DNA of 43,393 nt. Source: Candidatus Micrarchaeota archaeon. Its GTDB lineage: Archaea; Micrarchaeota; Micrarchaeia; Micrarchaeales; CABMGC01. The stretch lies in the NCBI GenBank assembly GCA_023256515.1, contig JAGDYD010000003.1:8145-51537 (forward strand), given 5' to 3'. The translations under genes and the position numbers were made by a program. The notes below the pieces were generated by a model, which was not told the DNA's origin, made no database searches, and saw only the letters and a program-made list of their open reading frames with translations. Below are positions 8,132 through 18,500 of this stretch, in pieces (the stretch's first letter is position 1; every line of letters begins with the position of its first letter).

Positions 8132-9262
8132 ATGAAACTTATAATAGCTCAGCCTTACTTGACTTTAAAAGGAGGGGCTGAAAGGGTAATATTAAAAATA
8201 GCCCAGCATTATAATGCGACAATATACACCACAGAATATGATCCAAAATCAACCTTTCCTGAGTTTAAAGATTTTGAAATAAAGGTTATAAAAAAGCATA
8301 TACCTCTTACAAATCTACTACCATATAGAGCTTCTCAAGGGTTGAGGTATGGCTATACTTTTTACAATACTATTGTAAAAGAAGATTATGATCTTATAAA
8401 TGCCCATATCTCGCCTAGCGAATGGATAAGGCATAAGAACAAGAGGGTTCTTTGGTACTGCCACACTCCTCCTAGGGAGGTGTATGACCTTTATTCAGAA
8501 AGGATGAAAAACAGGAGCTATACTGAAAAATTTATTTATGCCACTTTTACAAAATCATACAAGATTATAGCAGAGAAGATAGTTAAGGATATAGAAGAAA
8601 TTGCCACAAACAGCAAGAATACTGCAGGCAGAATAAAGCAATACTTTGGTAGAAATGCGACTATAATAAATCCTGCAGTAGATGTTGATGAATTTAAAAA
8701 TGAGGGCGATGGCAAGTATTTCCTGTATCCTTCGAGGATAGTGCCTAACAAAAGGCAGGATTATGCTATAGAGGCATTCAAGATGTTTGAAAAGAGGAAA
8801 AAGGGTTACAAGCTAATTATAGCAGGCGCATTGTCTAAGGACAAAGAGCATGTAAAGTATTTCAATGAGCTAAAGAAGCTTGCAAACCAAAATGTGGTAT
8901 TTAAAGTAAACATAACAGATAAAGAAATGAAAAGCCTTTATGCAAATTCTACAGCTGTTTTGTTTGCAGCGATAAACGAAGATTTTGGTTATGTCCCTTT
9001 AGAAGCAGGGGCTAGCTACAAGCCTATAATATCAATAAATGAAGGCGGGCCTAAGGAAACAATAGTTGATGGCCAAACAGGCTTCTTGGTAAATTCAAAG
9101 AAAGAAATGTCTGAAAAAATGCTTTTGATAGCAGAGAACCCAAAGCTGGCAGAAGAAATGGGAAAGAATGCGAGAAAAAGAGTAGAAGAAAATTATTCTT
9201 GGAAAAGCTTCTTTGAAAAGTTTGACAAGCTTGCGAAGAAGGTAGCAAAGCAAAAAGATTAG
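8132..9262 (+). CDS. glycosyltransferase family 4 (GT-B, RfaB-like)
   Basis: 376 aa with the EX7E region EDFGYVPLEAGASYKPIISINEGGPKETIVDGQTGFLV. It is adjacent to aglB. Confidence 0.85.
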   Translation: MKLIIAQPYLTLKGGAERVILKIAQHYNATIYTTEYDPKSTFPEFKDFEIKVIKKHIPLTNLLPYRASQGLRYGYTFYNTIVKEDYDLINAHISPSEWIRHKNKRVLWYCHTPPREVYDLYSERMKNRSYTEKFIYATFTKSYKIIAEKIVKDIEEIATNSKNTAGRIKQYFGRNATIINPAVDVDEFKNEGDGKYFLYPSRIVPNKRQDYAIEAFKMFEKRKKGYKLIIAGALSKDKEHVKYFNELKKLANQNVVFKVNITDKEMKSLYANSTAVLFAAINEDFGYVPLEAGASYKPIISINEGGPKETIVDGQTGFLVNSKKEMSEKMLLIAENPKLAEEMGKNARKRVEENYSWKSFFEKFDKLAKKVAKQKD

Positions 9263-9582
9263 CCCTGCTCTTCTATCACATATTTGGATATTATTTTTGT
9301 TGCATAGTCGAGAACTTTCTTTATATCCGCCTCTGTGCTTGAGCCTGTGCAAATGAGTTTTCCATTTTTGAATAGTATTATTACTGCTTTTGGCTCTTTT
9401 ATCCTGAATATAGCACCTGGGAACTGCTCTGGTTCATAGTCTACTTCTTTTACATTTTTTGATAATGCATACAAATCTATTGTTGCATGCAGGTCTGCGC
9501 TCACCACAATATTCTGTATCTTTATTGCAGGCTTTAAATTAAGTGTTCTCTTTTGCTCCATAAAAATCAATAATTTATCCAA
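9259..9582 (-). CDS. single-repeat TBP-domain protein (half-size TATA-binding-protein paralogue)
   Basis: IKIQNIVVSADLHATIDLYALSKNVKEVDYEPEQFPGAIFRIKEPKAVIILFKNGKLICTGSSTEADIKKVL is one complete TBP repeat (IxNIVAS.DL...L..IA.....EYEPEQFPGL+YR...PK...LIF.SGK+VCTGAKS). The ORF is only 100-107 aa (TTG 9582 or first ATG 9561), whereas a normal archaeal TBP is about 180 aa with two repeats. Confidence 0.75.
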   Translation of the reverse strand: MDKLLIFMEQKRTLNLKPAIKIQNIVVSADLHATIDLYALSKNVKEVDYEPEQFPGAIFRIKEPKAVIILFKNGKLICTGSSTEADIKKVLDYATKIISKYVIEEQG

Positions 9583-9617
9583 ATAATAGTTTATTAATCT
9601 TTCTAATAATGCAAAGC

Positions 9618-10076
9618 CTAGCTTTTATTAATTTCTTTCAAAGGCTTTATCCTCTCCCATCTCTCTATATTGCCATGATAGGCAAAAAAGAGCTGATTTG
9701 GCTCTGCTTTCTCATTTTTGATTCTAAGATAGTCTTTTTCTGACCTCTTTCTTAGCTTTTCTTTTAAAAGGCTTAATTCATATTCTAATTGCTTGTCAGA
9801 AACGCCTATCCTTATCTTTTTGTCTACTAATCTTTCTTCTATCTTCTTTTTGTCGAAGTCAAAGCCCCTCTTTGAAGCCTCTTCATTTATATAGCTTAGG
9901 TATGTGTTTATAGCTTTAAGGGGCTCCTTGTAATTCTTGAATCTCTCTAATTGGGGGTGGTTCCTATACCCTTTTGTCTTTCCTTCTAACACCGCCTTTG
10001 CTAGAAGGGATTCTCTCCATAATGCTACAATCCCTTTTTGGTCTAAATACTCTAATTTTATAGACCAAAGCCTCAT
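9618..10076 (-). CDS. pyrimidine dimer DNA glycosylase / endonuclease V (DenV-like) family protein
   Basis: 152 aa. The N-terminus MRLWSIKLEYLDQKGIVALWRESLLAKAVLEGKTKGYRNHPQLERFK is, from memory, the hallmark of the Pyr_excise-type family (MRLWSLHP.YLD.KGLVALWRE.LLAQ.VL.G.T.GY..HPQL.RF). Confidence 0.7.
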   Translation of the reverse strand: MRLWSIKLEYLDQKGIVALWRESLLAKAVLEGKTKGYRNHPQLERFKNYKEPLKAINTYLSYINEEASKRGFDFDKKKIEERLVDKKIRIGVSDKQLEYELSLLKEKLRKRSEKDYLRIKNEKAEPNQLFFAYHGNIERWERIKPLKEINKS

Positions 10077-10210
10077 TTTATCCCTTCTCTAACCCTTTAA
10101 AAAGGATAAATATAAAAATATTGCATGGCTATTATTATTAATTAATTTTTATTTACAATCTATACAAATAAAAAATGCAATTCTATTTGTAAAAATCAAA
10201 TGGTGATAAG

Positions 10211-11854
10211 ATGGCAGAAAATCAACTCGGTGCAGGACAACAGTATCTAATACTCCCTGAGGGAGCTACAAGGATATTGGGCAGAGAAGCCCAAAGAGCC
10301 AATATAGCTGTTGGCTATGCAGTAGCAAGCGCTGTTAAAACAACACTTGGTCCTAAGGGAATGGACAAGATGCTAGTCAGCGAGCTTGGAGATATAGTAA
10401 TAACAAACGACGGTGCTACAATCTTGGAAGAGATGAATGTAGAGCACCCAGTAGCAAAAATAATGGTAGATATAGCAAAGACGCAAGACAAAGAGGTTGG
10501 AGATGGCACAACATCTGCGGTGATAATAGCAGGAGAGCTTCTTAAGGCAGCAGGCAATTTGATAGAGCAGGGAATACACCCAACAACAATAATAAAAGGC
10601 TACAAGATGGCAGCAGAAAAGGCTAGGGAGATATTAAGGGACAAGAGCTTTAATGTGAGCATCGATGATGAGGATAAGCTAGAGAAAATAGCAATGATAG
10701 CCTTGGGCTCAAAGAATATAGGTGGAGAGGACACAAAAAGATACCTCTCAAAGCTTGCAATACAAGCAATAAAGCAGGTTGCAGTAAAAGACGGCAACAA
10801 AATAACAATAGACCACGACTTTATAAAGCTTGAAAAGAAAGAGGGAGGCAGCATAGAGGATACTGAATTTATAAACGGCGTTCTAATAGACAAGGAGGTT
10901 GCACATCCAGGCATGCCAAAATCAATAAAGAACGCAAAGATTGCCCTTCTGGATGTTGCATTAGAAATAGAGAAGACAGAGACAGATGCTAGAATAGAGA
11001 TAACATCTCCTGAGCAGATGCAGGCATTCTTGGCGCAGGAAGAAAAGATGCTAAAAGAGATGGTAGATAAAATAGCAGCAAGCAAGGCAAACGTAATATT
11101 TGTGCAGAAGGGAATAGACGATGTAGCCCAGCACTACCTTGCAAAAGCAGGAATAATGGCGGTAAGGAGGGTAAAGAAGAGCGACATGGAGAAGCTTGCA
11201 AAGGCAACAGGAGCAAATATGGTGACAAGCCTTGACGACCTATCACAAAATGACCTTGGCTTTGCAGGGCTTGTAGAAGAGCGCAAGATAGCTGGAGAGC
11301 AGATGGTCTTTGTAGAAAAGTGCAAAGACCCTAAGAGCGTAACAATATTCATAAGAGGAAGCACACAGCAAGTAGTAAATGAGGTTGAAAGATCTCTCAA
11401 CGATGTAATAGGAGCAATATCCAGCGCAATAGAAGTCGGCAAATATGTAATAGGGGGCGGAAGCATAGAAGTAGACATAGCAAACGGCCTAAGGGCTTAT
11501 TCAAGCGACGTTGGCGGCAGAGAGCAGTTGGCAATACAGGCCTTTGCAGACGCTGTAGAAATAATACCAAAGACCCTTGCAGAGAGTGCAGGAATGGACC
11601 CTATAGACACGCTAGTGCAGCTAAGAAGCAAGCATAAGGGTTCAGAGGGCCGCGTATATGGAGTAGATGTATACAAGAACACAATAGGCGACATGGAGAA
11701 GCTCGGAGTTATAGAGCCACTCAAGGTTAAGGAGCAAGCAATAACAAGCGCCAGTGAGGCATCAGAAATAATACTAAGAATAGACGACATGATAAGCTCA
11801 AAGAGCAAGCCATCAAGCCCTAACCCAAGCGAAGGAAGCGGCATGGAGGATTGA
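10211..11854 (+). CDS. ths: thermosome subunit (group II chaperonin)
   Basis: 547 aa. Motifs: [46 protein letters not shown] lies 4 nt upstream. Confidence 0.95.
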   Translation: MAENQLGAGQQYLILPEGATRILGREAQRANIAVGYAVASAVKTTLGPKGMDKMLVSELGDIVITNDGATILEEMNVEHPVAKIMVDIAKTQDKEVGDGTTSAVIIAGELLKAAGNLIEQGIHPTTIIKGYKMAAEKAREILRDKSFNVSIDDEDKLEKIAMIALGSKNIGGEDTKRYLSKLAIQAIKQVAVKDGNKITIDHDFIKLEKKEGGSIEDTEFINGVLIDKEVAHPGMPKSIKNAKIALLDVALEIEKTETDARIEITSPEQMQAFLAQEEKMLKEMVDKIAASKANVIFVQKGIDDVAQHYLAKAGIMAVRRVKKSDMEKLAKATGANMVTSLDDLSQNDLGFAGLVEERKIAGEQMVFVEKCKDPKSVTIFIRGSTQQVVNEVERSLNDVIGAISSAIEVGKYVIGGGSIEVDIANGLRAYSSDVGGREQLAIQAFADAVEIIPKTLAESAGMDPIDTLVQLRSKHKGSEGRVYGVDVYKNTIGDMEKLGVIEPLKVKEQAITSASEASEIILRIDDMISSKSKPSSPNPSEGSGMED

Positions 11855-11864
11855 AGAAGCTTAG

Positions 11865-11875
11865 TTTGTTTTTTT
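11865..11875 (+). terminator. oligo-T tract (TTTGTTTTTTT) after the thermosome gene
   Basis: The T-run begins 11 nt after the stop codon. Archaeal terminators are typically oligo-T stretches. Confidence 0.35.
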
Positions 11876-11907
11876 AATTTTTATTTACCTATTACTTTTT
11901 GATTTTC

Positions 11908-12462
11908 GTGGCATTAAAAACAATTGTTGTTGCTGGTACACCTGGTGCAGGCAAAAGCACTGTGCTGTCTAAAGTATCAATACCAAAAGTAAAAATAGTG
12001 AATCTTGGAGACCTAATGCTTAAATATACAAAATTAAGCGACAGGGATTCTCTAAGGTCGTTGCCCATAAAAGAGCAGATAAAAACAAGGTACAAAGCCA
12101 TTAATGACTTAAGCAAAAAGAGCGGCATATTTGTAGTAGATACTCATCTTACAGTAAAGAAAAATGCACAGTATCTTCCTGGCTTCTCTACAAATGAGCT
12201 TAAAAAGCTAGGATTGCTAGGCATAATATATATAGATGCAAAAAGTGAAGATATAATTAGGAGAAGGCAAAAAGATAAAACAAGGAAAAGGGAGCAAGAG
12301 AGCGAGGATGAAATAAGCATGCAAAGGCTAGCAAACCTTTCAATCATGGCTGCAATATCAACAGAGTTAAATGTACCTTTCTTTATAGTTAGTAATAATG
12401 AGGGTGAGCTTGAAAAAGCTGCTGAAGAAGCTTCGCATATTATAAAAGAGCTGATATTATGA
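11908..12462 (+). CDS. adkA: adenylate kinase, archaeal type
   Basis: P-loop VVAGTPGAGKST, VVDTHLTVK..QYLPGF, about 185 aa like archaeal AdkA. I prefer the GTG at 11908 (MALKTIVVAGTPG) over the in-frame TTG at 11899. Synteny with DUF106/L34e/cmk/L14e supports the call. Confidence 0.85.
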   Translation: MALKTIVVAGTPGAGKSTVLSKVSIPKVKIVNLGDLMLKYTKLSDRDSLRSLPIKEQIKTRYKAINDLSKKSGIFVVDTHLTVKKNAQYLPGFSTNELKKLGLLGIIYIDAKSEDIIRRRQKDKTRKREQESEDEISMQRLANLSIMAAISTELNVPFFIVSNNEGELEKAAEEASHIIKELIL

Positions 12463-12965
12463 TAGCAGAGTTGATTGCACTTACAGCAATATTGTATACG
12501 CTCCTTTCATTTTACATTCAGAGGAAAATGTCTAACATTAAGAAAGTCTATGAAATGCAGGAGCAAATAAAGTCAAAGAGCAAGGAGCTGAACGAAATGG
12601 TAAAGAGAGGAGCCTCAAACGATGAGCTTCTTGCAAAGCAAAAGGAAGTAATGTCTCTTGCTTCAAAAAGTATGATGAGTCAGATGAAGCCGATGGTAAT
12701 AATACTTCCACTCTTCTTGATAGTTTATTACCTTCTGCTCCCTATGCTGTTTCCTTCGCATCCTATGGTATACTTGGGAGGAGCAAAATTTGCATATAAT
12801 ACTTTCTTCATAATTGTTGTATTCATATTTGGCCTTTTGCTTTCCATAACTGTAACTGTTAGGGATAGGCGCATTGCAAAGAAGTCTAATATTGGAAAAA
12901 ATGCTTCAAATAAAGAAAATAATGTTGAAATAGAAAAAAGCAACCCTATAAATAGCCCCAAGTAA
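12459..12965 (+). CDS. DUF106 membrane protein (archaeal YidC/Oxa1/EMC3-like insertase family)
   Basis: 168 aa. Layout is TM1, then a coiled-coil (KKVYEMQEQIKSKSKELNEMVKRG...LLAKQKEVMSL), then MKPM followed by TMs. It holds the conserved position between adk and rpl34e. ATGA overlap with adk. Confidence 0.7.
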   Translation: MIAELIALTAILYTLLSFYIQRKMSNIKKVYEMQEQIKSKSKELNEMVKRGASNDELLAKQKEVMSLASKSMMSQMKPMVIILPLFLIVYYLLLPMLFPSHPMVYLGGAKFAYNTFFIIVVFIFGLLLSITVTVRDRRIAKKSNIGKNASNKENNVEIEKSNPINSPK

Positions 12966-13021
12966 GTATTTTATATATATCCTTTCATTAAATTTATACT
13001 TAATTTTATCAGGTGCTTAAA

Positions 13022-13348
13022 GTGCCAAGACCAATGTATAGATCAAGAAGCATTAGAAAGCTAGCCAGAGTCACTCCTAAGAAAAGGAATGTGCTTCATT
13101 TCAAAAAGAAAGCTCCAAAGAGGCCTCATTGTGCTATATGCGGCAAGGAATTGAACGGCATAAATATAAGCAAAAACTCAAAAGGGAAAAGCTTAAGGTC
13201 TAATGCAAGGATTTTCGGAGGCGTTTTGTGTGCTAACTGCACTGCAGATATAATAAAGCTAGCAAGCAGGATAGAAAACGGCGAGCTTAAGCTCAATGAG
13301 ATAGGGGTAAAGCAGAAGGAATATGTGCTACAGCTTATATCGCATTAG
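13022..13348 (+). CDS. rpl34e: 50S ribosomal protein L34e
   Basis: PRPMYRSRSIRKLARVTPKKRNVLHFKKKAPKRPHCAICGKELNGI. An AGGTG SD at 13011-13015 favours the GTG at 13022. The ORF track start at 13013 is also GTG. Confidence 0.9.
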   Translation: MPRPMYRSRSIRKLARVTPKKRNVLHFKKKAPKRPHCAICGKELNGINISKNSKGKSLRSNARIFGGVLCANCTADIIKLASRIENGELKLNEIGVKQKEYVLQLISH

Positions 13349-13354
13349 CTGTTT

Positions 13355-13921
13355 ATGGAATCAATAATAATATCAGGCATGCCTGCTGCAGGCAAGAGCA
13401 CAGTTGCTGAAATACTTGCAAAAAGGCTTAAGCTAAAAGCAATCAATGTTGGTGACATAATCAAATCAAAGTTCTTGGGAAGCGAAAATGAAGCAAACTA
13501 CTGGGACACTTATGAGGGATTCATGGCTGTCAAAAAGAGGGAAGAAGACGAAAATATAGACAAAAGTGTAGACAAAGCAGTATTAAAGATATTGAAGAAA
13601 GGCAATATAATAATAACAAGCTATGTTATGCCATGGCTTTCAAAGCATGGTTATAAGGTTTGGCTAGAGGCAAGCCCTGAAGAACGCGCAAAAAGGCTTG
13701 CAAAGAGGGACAAGCTAAGCCTTGAGGAAGGCATTAATATAATAAGAAGAAGGGATAAGGAAAATTACCTTCTTTACAAAAAGCTTTACAACATAAATCT
13801 TGGCAAGGACAAAAAGCCTTTTGATCTGGTAATTGATACTGAAAAGCTATCTCCAGAAGAGATTGCTGATATAATAATAAAAAACATAAAGGATAAAATA
13901 AGGATAAAAAACAAAAAATAG
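13355..13921 (+). CDS. cmk: cytidylate kinase, archaeal type
   Basis: 188 aa. P-loop ISGMPAAGKSTVAEILAKRL. It holds the conserved position between rpl34e and rpl14e. Confidence 0.75.
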   Translation: MESIIISGMPAAGKSTVAEILAKRLKLKAINVGDIIKSKFLGSENEANYWDTYEGFMAVKKREEDENIDKSVDKAVLKILKKGNIIITSYVMPWLSKHGYKVWLEASPEERAKRLAKRDKLSLEEGINIIRRRDKENYLLYKKLYNINLGKDKKPFDLVIDTEKLSPEEIADIIIKNIKDKIRIKNKK

Positions 13922-13929
13922 GTGATTTT

Positions 13930-14211
13930 TTGGCTCTAATAGAAGTAGGAAGAGTTTGTGTTAAGAAATTTGGCAGAGATGCAGGAAGCAGGGCAGTGAT
14001 AACAAAAGTAATAGACAAAAATTTCGTGAACATAATAACCGCAGAGAGGCAAAAAGAAAGGAGGTGCAATGTTAAGCATCTTGAATTTTTAGGAGAGAAG
14101 GTTGATATTAGCAATTCAGAGCAGCTCTCTAGGGTTTTGGGCGTTGAGATCAAGAAGAAAGCAGAAGAGCAGAAGCAGGAGCAAAAAGCCAAGGCAAAAA
14201 GCAAAGCATAA
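13930..14211 (+). CDS. rpl14e: 50S ribosomal protein L14e
   Basis: IEVGRVCVKKFGRDAGSRAVITKVIDKNFVNI is a KOW-like L14e N-terminus. TTG start with an AGGTGAT SD at 13920-13926. Confidence 0.85.
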   Translation: MALIEVGRVCVKKFGRDAGSRAVITKVIDKNFVNIITAERQKERRCNVKHLEFLGEKVDISNSEQLSRVLGVEIKKKAEEQKQEQKAKAKSKA

Positions 14212-14236
14212 ATAGGTTTAAATGTAATATCGGCTT

Positions 14237-15553
14237 ATGGTAAAGCTTTCAAAGAAGATAAATGAGATAATAGAAAGGGACAAGAAGGTTATAATGACTA
14301 CAACAAGGGAAAGCTATCCCTTTGTCCCTTCTCATGGAGACGGCGACTTTGTTTTTGATGTTGCAGGCAACAAATTCATAGATTTTTCAAGCTTCATCTC
14401 TGTTTATAACCTTGGGGTAAATGCAAATAAGCAGATAAGGGAAGCTGTTAAAAAGCAAGTAGATAAGCTTATGCACTCTGCATTTACTGATTATTATTCT
14501 GAGCTTCCTGTAGAGTTTGCAGAGAAGCTTTTGGGAATGTTTCCTAAAGGTTTTGGTAAGGTCTTTTTTTCAAATTCAGGCACAGAGGCAAATGAGGCAG
14601 CAATAAAATTTTCGAGAATATTCACAAAAAGGCAGTACATATTAGCTTTCTATAATTCATTCCACGGCAGGACCCTTGGTTCTCTTTCGCTTACTGCGTC
14701 AAAAAGCATTCAAAGGGCAGGCTTTGGGCCTTTTAATGCTACTATTCATGTTCCTTTTGCTTATTGCTATAGATGCCCATTCAAGCTAGAATATCCTTCT
14801 TGCAATTTCGCATGCGTTGATTATATAGAAGAATATCCATTAAGCAAGGAAGTTTCGCCAGAAGAGGTTGCAGCAATATTCTTTGAGCCTATACAAGGTG
14901 AAGGCGGCTATATTGTGCCTCCTCTAGACTACTTCAAAAAGATTTCAAAGATAGCAAAGAAATATGACATATTGCTTGTAGATGATGAAGTCCAGGCAGG
15001 CTATATGAGAACTGGCAAGTTCCTTGCGCTTGATCATTTTGGAGTAGAGGCTGATATATATACAATGGCAAAGTCGCTTGGCGGCGGCCTGCCTATAGGC
15101 GCAACAATATCTAGAACTTCTCTAGGCACAATACCGGCAGGCTCTCACGCAAATACCTTTGGCGGCAACCTTGTCTCTATAGCTGCAGCAAATGCTTCTT
15201 TGGAATATATCAAAAAGAATTTGAAAAAGCTTGAGCAAGAAGTAAAAGAGAAAGGCTCTTTGATGATGAAAAGGCTAAATGAAATGAAGGAAAAATATGA
15301 GATAATTGGAGATGTTAGGGGCATAGGCTTAATGATAGGGGTTGAGATAGTAAAAGACAAATATACAAAAGAGTATGGCGTAGAAGAGAGGGAAAAGATA
15401 TTAAACAAATGCTTTGAAGATGGGCTTATCTTGCTTCCTGCTGGAAAATCTACTATAAGATTTATACCTCCAATAACAATGAAAATTGAGAATATAGAGA
15501 AAGGCCTAGATATTTTTGAATCTGCGGTTAAATATGCATCAAATAAAGTTTGA
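14237..15553 (+). CDS. class III PLP-dependent aminotransferase (acetylornithine/4-aminobutyrate aminotransferase family)
   Basis: 438 aa. Motifs: FSNSGTEANEAAIKFSR, DDEVQAGYMRTGK, and the PLP lysine context TMAKSLGGGLPIGA. Confidence 0.85.
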   Translation: MVKLSKKINEIIERDKKVIMTTTRESYPFVPSHGDGDFVFDVAGNKFIDFSSFISVYNLGVNANKQIREAVKKQVDKLMHSAFTDYYSELPVEFAEKLLGMFPKGFGKVFFSNSGTEANEAAIKFSRIFTKRQYILAFYNSFHGRTLGSLSLTASKSIQRAGFGPFNATIHVPFAYCYRCPFKLEYPSCNFACVDYIEEYPLSKEVSPEEVAAIFFEPIQGEGGYIVPPLDYFKKISKIAKKYDILLVDDEVQAGYMRTGKFLALDHFGVEADIYTMAKSLGGGLPIGATISRTSLGTIPAGSHANTFGGNLVSIAAANASLEYIKKNLKKLEQEVKEKGSLMMKRLNEMKEKYEIIGDVRGIGLMIGVEIVKDKYTKEYGVEEREKILNKCFEDGLILLPAGKSTIRFIPPITMKIENIEKGLDIFESAVKYASNKV

Positions 15554-18500
15554 AAGGCTAAACTGCTTCTTTGGTATAGCGTTCTCTTCAAATAGGTTAA
15601 GTATCTCATCCCTCACCAGTTCAAGTCTCTGCCTTATATAAGGTTCAAGGTCATACCTTTCCGCAAGATTAAGCGCCATGTTTAGGTATTTTTCTATTCC
15701 TCCTTTAGAGACTGTAAGCAGAAGCTTGCCTCCGTCTTTAGTGCATTTTCCACTAAGTGGAACTCTTCTATATTTTGCATTGCATATGCTGCACCTAAAT
15801 TCTTGTTTTGAAAAAGTATGCAAATTGCCTATAAGGTCAGGTATGAAATGACTTATTATAAGCCTCTTTGCAGCGTCTCTCTGATTTATGCAAGCAAGCT
15901 TGTCCATCAAATTAAATTCAGCATTTACTTTATCTTGCATTGTCTTCAAAGTGGTATAGGCGCTTTTTTTAGGGGCAGACGCTATAGATTTTATGCTGTC
16001 TATGTGCGTTATGTTTATATTGTAGAACCTGCTCTCTTTGTCTAGCCTATCCTTGACTGTTTCTATATTCACCTCGCTGGGTGAAGGATATTCATAGCTC
16101 TTCAAATAAAATTCAAGAGGATATTTTGTCACAGTTTCCATCGCATGTACTTCATCATCTACCTCTTCTGGCATTACATGTATAGTCAGTATCAAAGGCG
16201 CATCCATGGTTCCTCCTATTGTTGTTGGGAGGTATTCTCTTGAGAAGTTTATGAGGGCATCCAATAGAAGCATAGTCGTGTCTTCATCCCCATCGCAATT
16301 CCTTCTTCTTGCAGATATCATATATGGGTGTGCGAAGCCCACATTAGCATCGCTAAATCCTATAATCCTGCCCATTACTCCGCAGGAGGTGTGTGGTGAA
16401 AGCGTAATTACTAATTGGCCAACAAGATCATCTATGCTTTTTGCATTATAGTATGGTTCAAGCCCATAAAAGCGAACAAGCAGATCATCTACGAAATTTG
16501 CAACCCTTAGCAGATACTCTGCCCCTCTCCTGTTTATTATAACATCTTGATGTTTGAGTTCTACGAGCTGATCTTCCCTTTCCAATTCATTTCCGTATAT
16601 ATCTTTTTCATAACCCATTTGTCTTAATTTTTCTATGCTTACTCCTATTTCGCCAGGATAGAAATGTGTTATCGGCACATCAGTGGCATCGAACCTTGCA
16701 GTTCCATCTTTAAATATGTATACATTGTGCAGGCTTCTTAGGATTCCTTTTTCCAACGGTTCTGATATCTTGTCGTTGTTTGTAAGGCCTTTTACACCTT
16801 TTATTATGTCAGGCATTCTGCTAATTCTGAGTTTCTTCATGGCTTCGCTTACTAATGCCCTTATGTCTATGTTCCTATTTGAATAGCCTAAAGTTTCAGT
16901 GCCGCATCTCTCGCATTTCTTGCTAAGTGTATGGTAGCCGCACTTTGGACAAACCCTCTCTATGACTGCTCTATTGTTGCAATCATTGCAGAAATAGCTA
17001 GGCAAATATCTCTTGCATTTTTCACACTTATAGTTGGCAATCTCTACCTCTATCCCCTTGTTGCTGAATTTTTTCTCATCTATAATATATGCTTTTGTTA
17101 TGTTTCTTTCTTTTCCTCCATATTCTCCTATTGGGAATAAGACATTAGGTGCAGGCTTCATAAGCCTCTCTTTTGCTTTTTCAGGCCTGCCTACCCTTGC
17201 GCCTATGTAAGTAGAGCGCTTAGGTATCTTGAAAGGAGCAACACTATTTACAGCGCTGAGCGCATCGCTACTATTTGCATATTTGTCCATTACTACTTCG
17301 CCAATATTCAATTTGCCTTCTTTGCCGCTGGCAAATCCCATGCTCGCAACAAGCGATTGAGCATAATCTTTATCTATAACTATCTTTTGGTCCTCCAACC
17401 TATGCGGCACTTGTAGCCTTTCTAAGTATTCTTTTATTCCTAGATCATTTATTGTGATCTTCTCTATAGAGAAAAGGCTCTCTTCACCGCTATATTCTAT
17501 TTTAGAATTCCTGATAATTGCCTTTGCAATCTCCTCTAGTTGCTTTGTATCTATTGCTTGGAACTCAAACAGGTATTTTGGATGTATTGGTACATTGTAT
17601 TCAATCGATAATTCGTAAGCTTCCCTGAATGTTGGATTTTTTATTATATTCTTGCAGCCAGCATTCTCAAGCTGCGCCTCCCAAAATTCTTCAACATAGC
17701 TTGTTGGCTGTATTATTGTGTTTGATTTTTTGAAGTCTCCTACAGTTATTAATATATCGCCTAATGATATAATTTTTTCAACCTGGTCTTTGAGCTCAAG
17801 AGCTTGCTCTGCGCTGTTTATCCTAAGGGCTTCTCCGTTTTTTAGCCTAACAAAAGGCCCCTCTATAGAATCGACAGGTGAAGCAACGCAGCCTTTGCCT
17901 GGTAGTTCAACTTTTAATTGCGTGCCTACAGCCACAAAGTTGTCTAGCAATATCATTGTTGCTGGGCTAAAACCTTTGGCCGCTATGCCTGTCAATCTAC
18001 TTCTTCCATATCTAAGCCTTAAGCCTCCTATATAGCCAGGATATGCTATTACGGGCCTTCCAGCAACAAGCTCTTCAAGGAAAACAGAAACCTTCTCGCT
18101 ATCTTCGCTTTTTTCTACCTTGTTTACCTTTATTACGCTATTGAGCCAATCCCAATTTAGATTTGCAGTTTTTACCTCTTTGATTAGCTTTTTTGCTTTT
18201 TGTGCTATTCCTTCGCAAAGTACAAGAGCTACTCCTCCTCTTACTCTGTTAGTCATTATGACTTCTTTTCCATTATAATCTATTCTTTTAATATCTCTAT
18301 GTGCAGTTACCTCTACATCTTCTGTTGCAACTCCATCTACGCAGACAGGGCAATTGCTTACTATATTCCTCAAGTCGTCATCGCTAGGCCTATATTGCAG
18401 ATGCTGCTTCATGTGGTATATCTCTACCTCTTCAACATATCTCTCTATCTCATCTTGTGTTGGCTTATATGCACCTATGTTGAAAAACCTCCTTGCATAA

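Noticed and set aside
10315-11844. Series of long antisense ORFs (80-161 aa) inside the thermosome gene
   Set aside because: They lie entirely within a high-confidence conserved CDS on the other strand. Their products are low-complexity Ser/Leu/Ile-rich, and they have no SD or promoter. They are typical shadow ORFs.
13734-14204. 156-aa minus-strand ORF spanning the cmk end and rpl14e
   Set aside because: It overlaps two syntenic, conserved plus-strand genes. The product is Cys/Leu/Phe-rich nonsense-like sequence with no start signals.
14218-14225. GGTTTAAATG TATA-like element just upstream of the aminotransferase gene
   Set aside because: It is only 12-19 nt from the ATG, so a transcript started from it would begin inside the CDS. 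The conserved N-terminus argues for the 14237 start and read-through from rpl14e.
15145-15609. 154-aa minus-strand ORF at the 3' end of the aminotransferase gene
   Set aside because: It is antisense to conserved aminotransferase motifs. The real minus-strand gene here is DP2, which ends at 15539.
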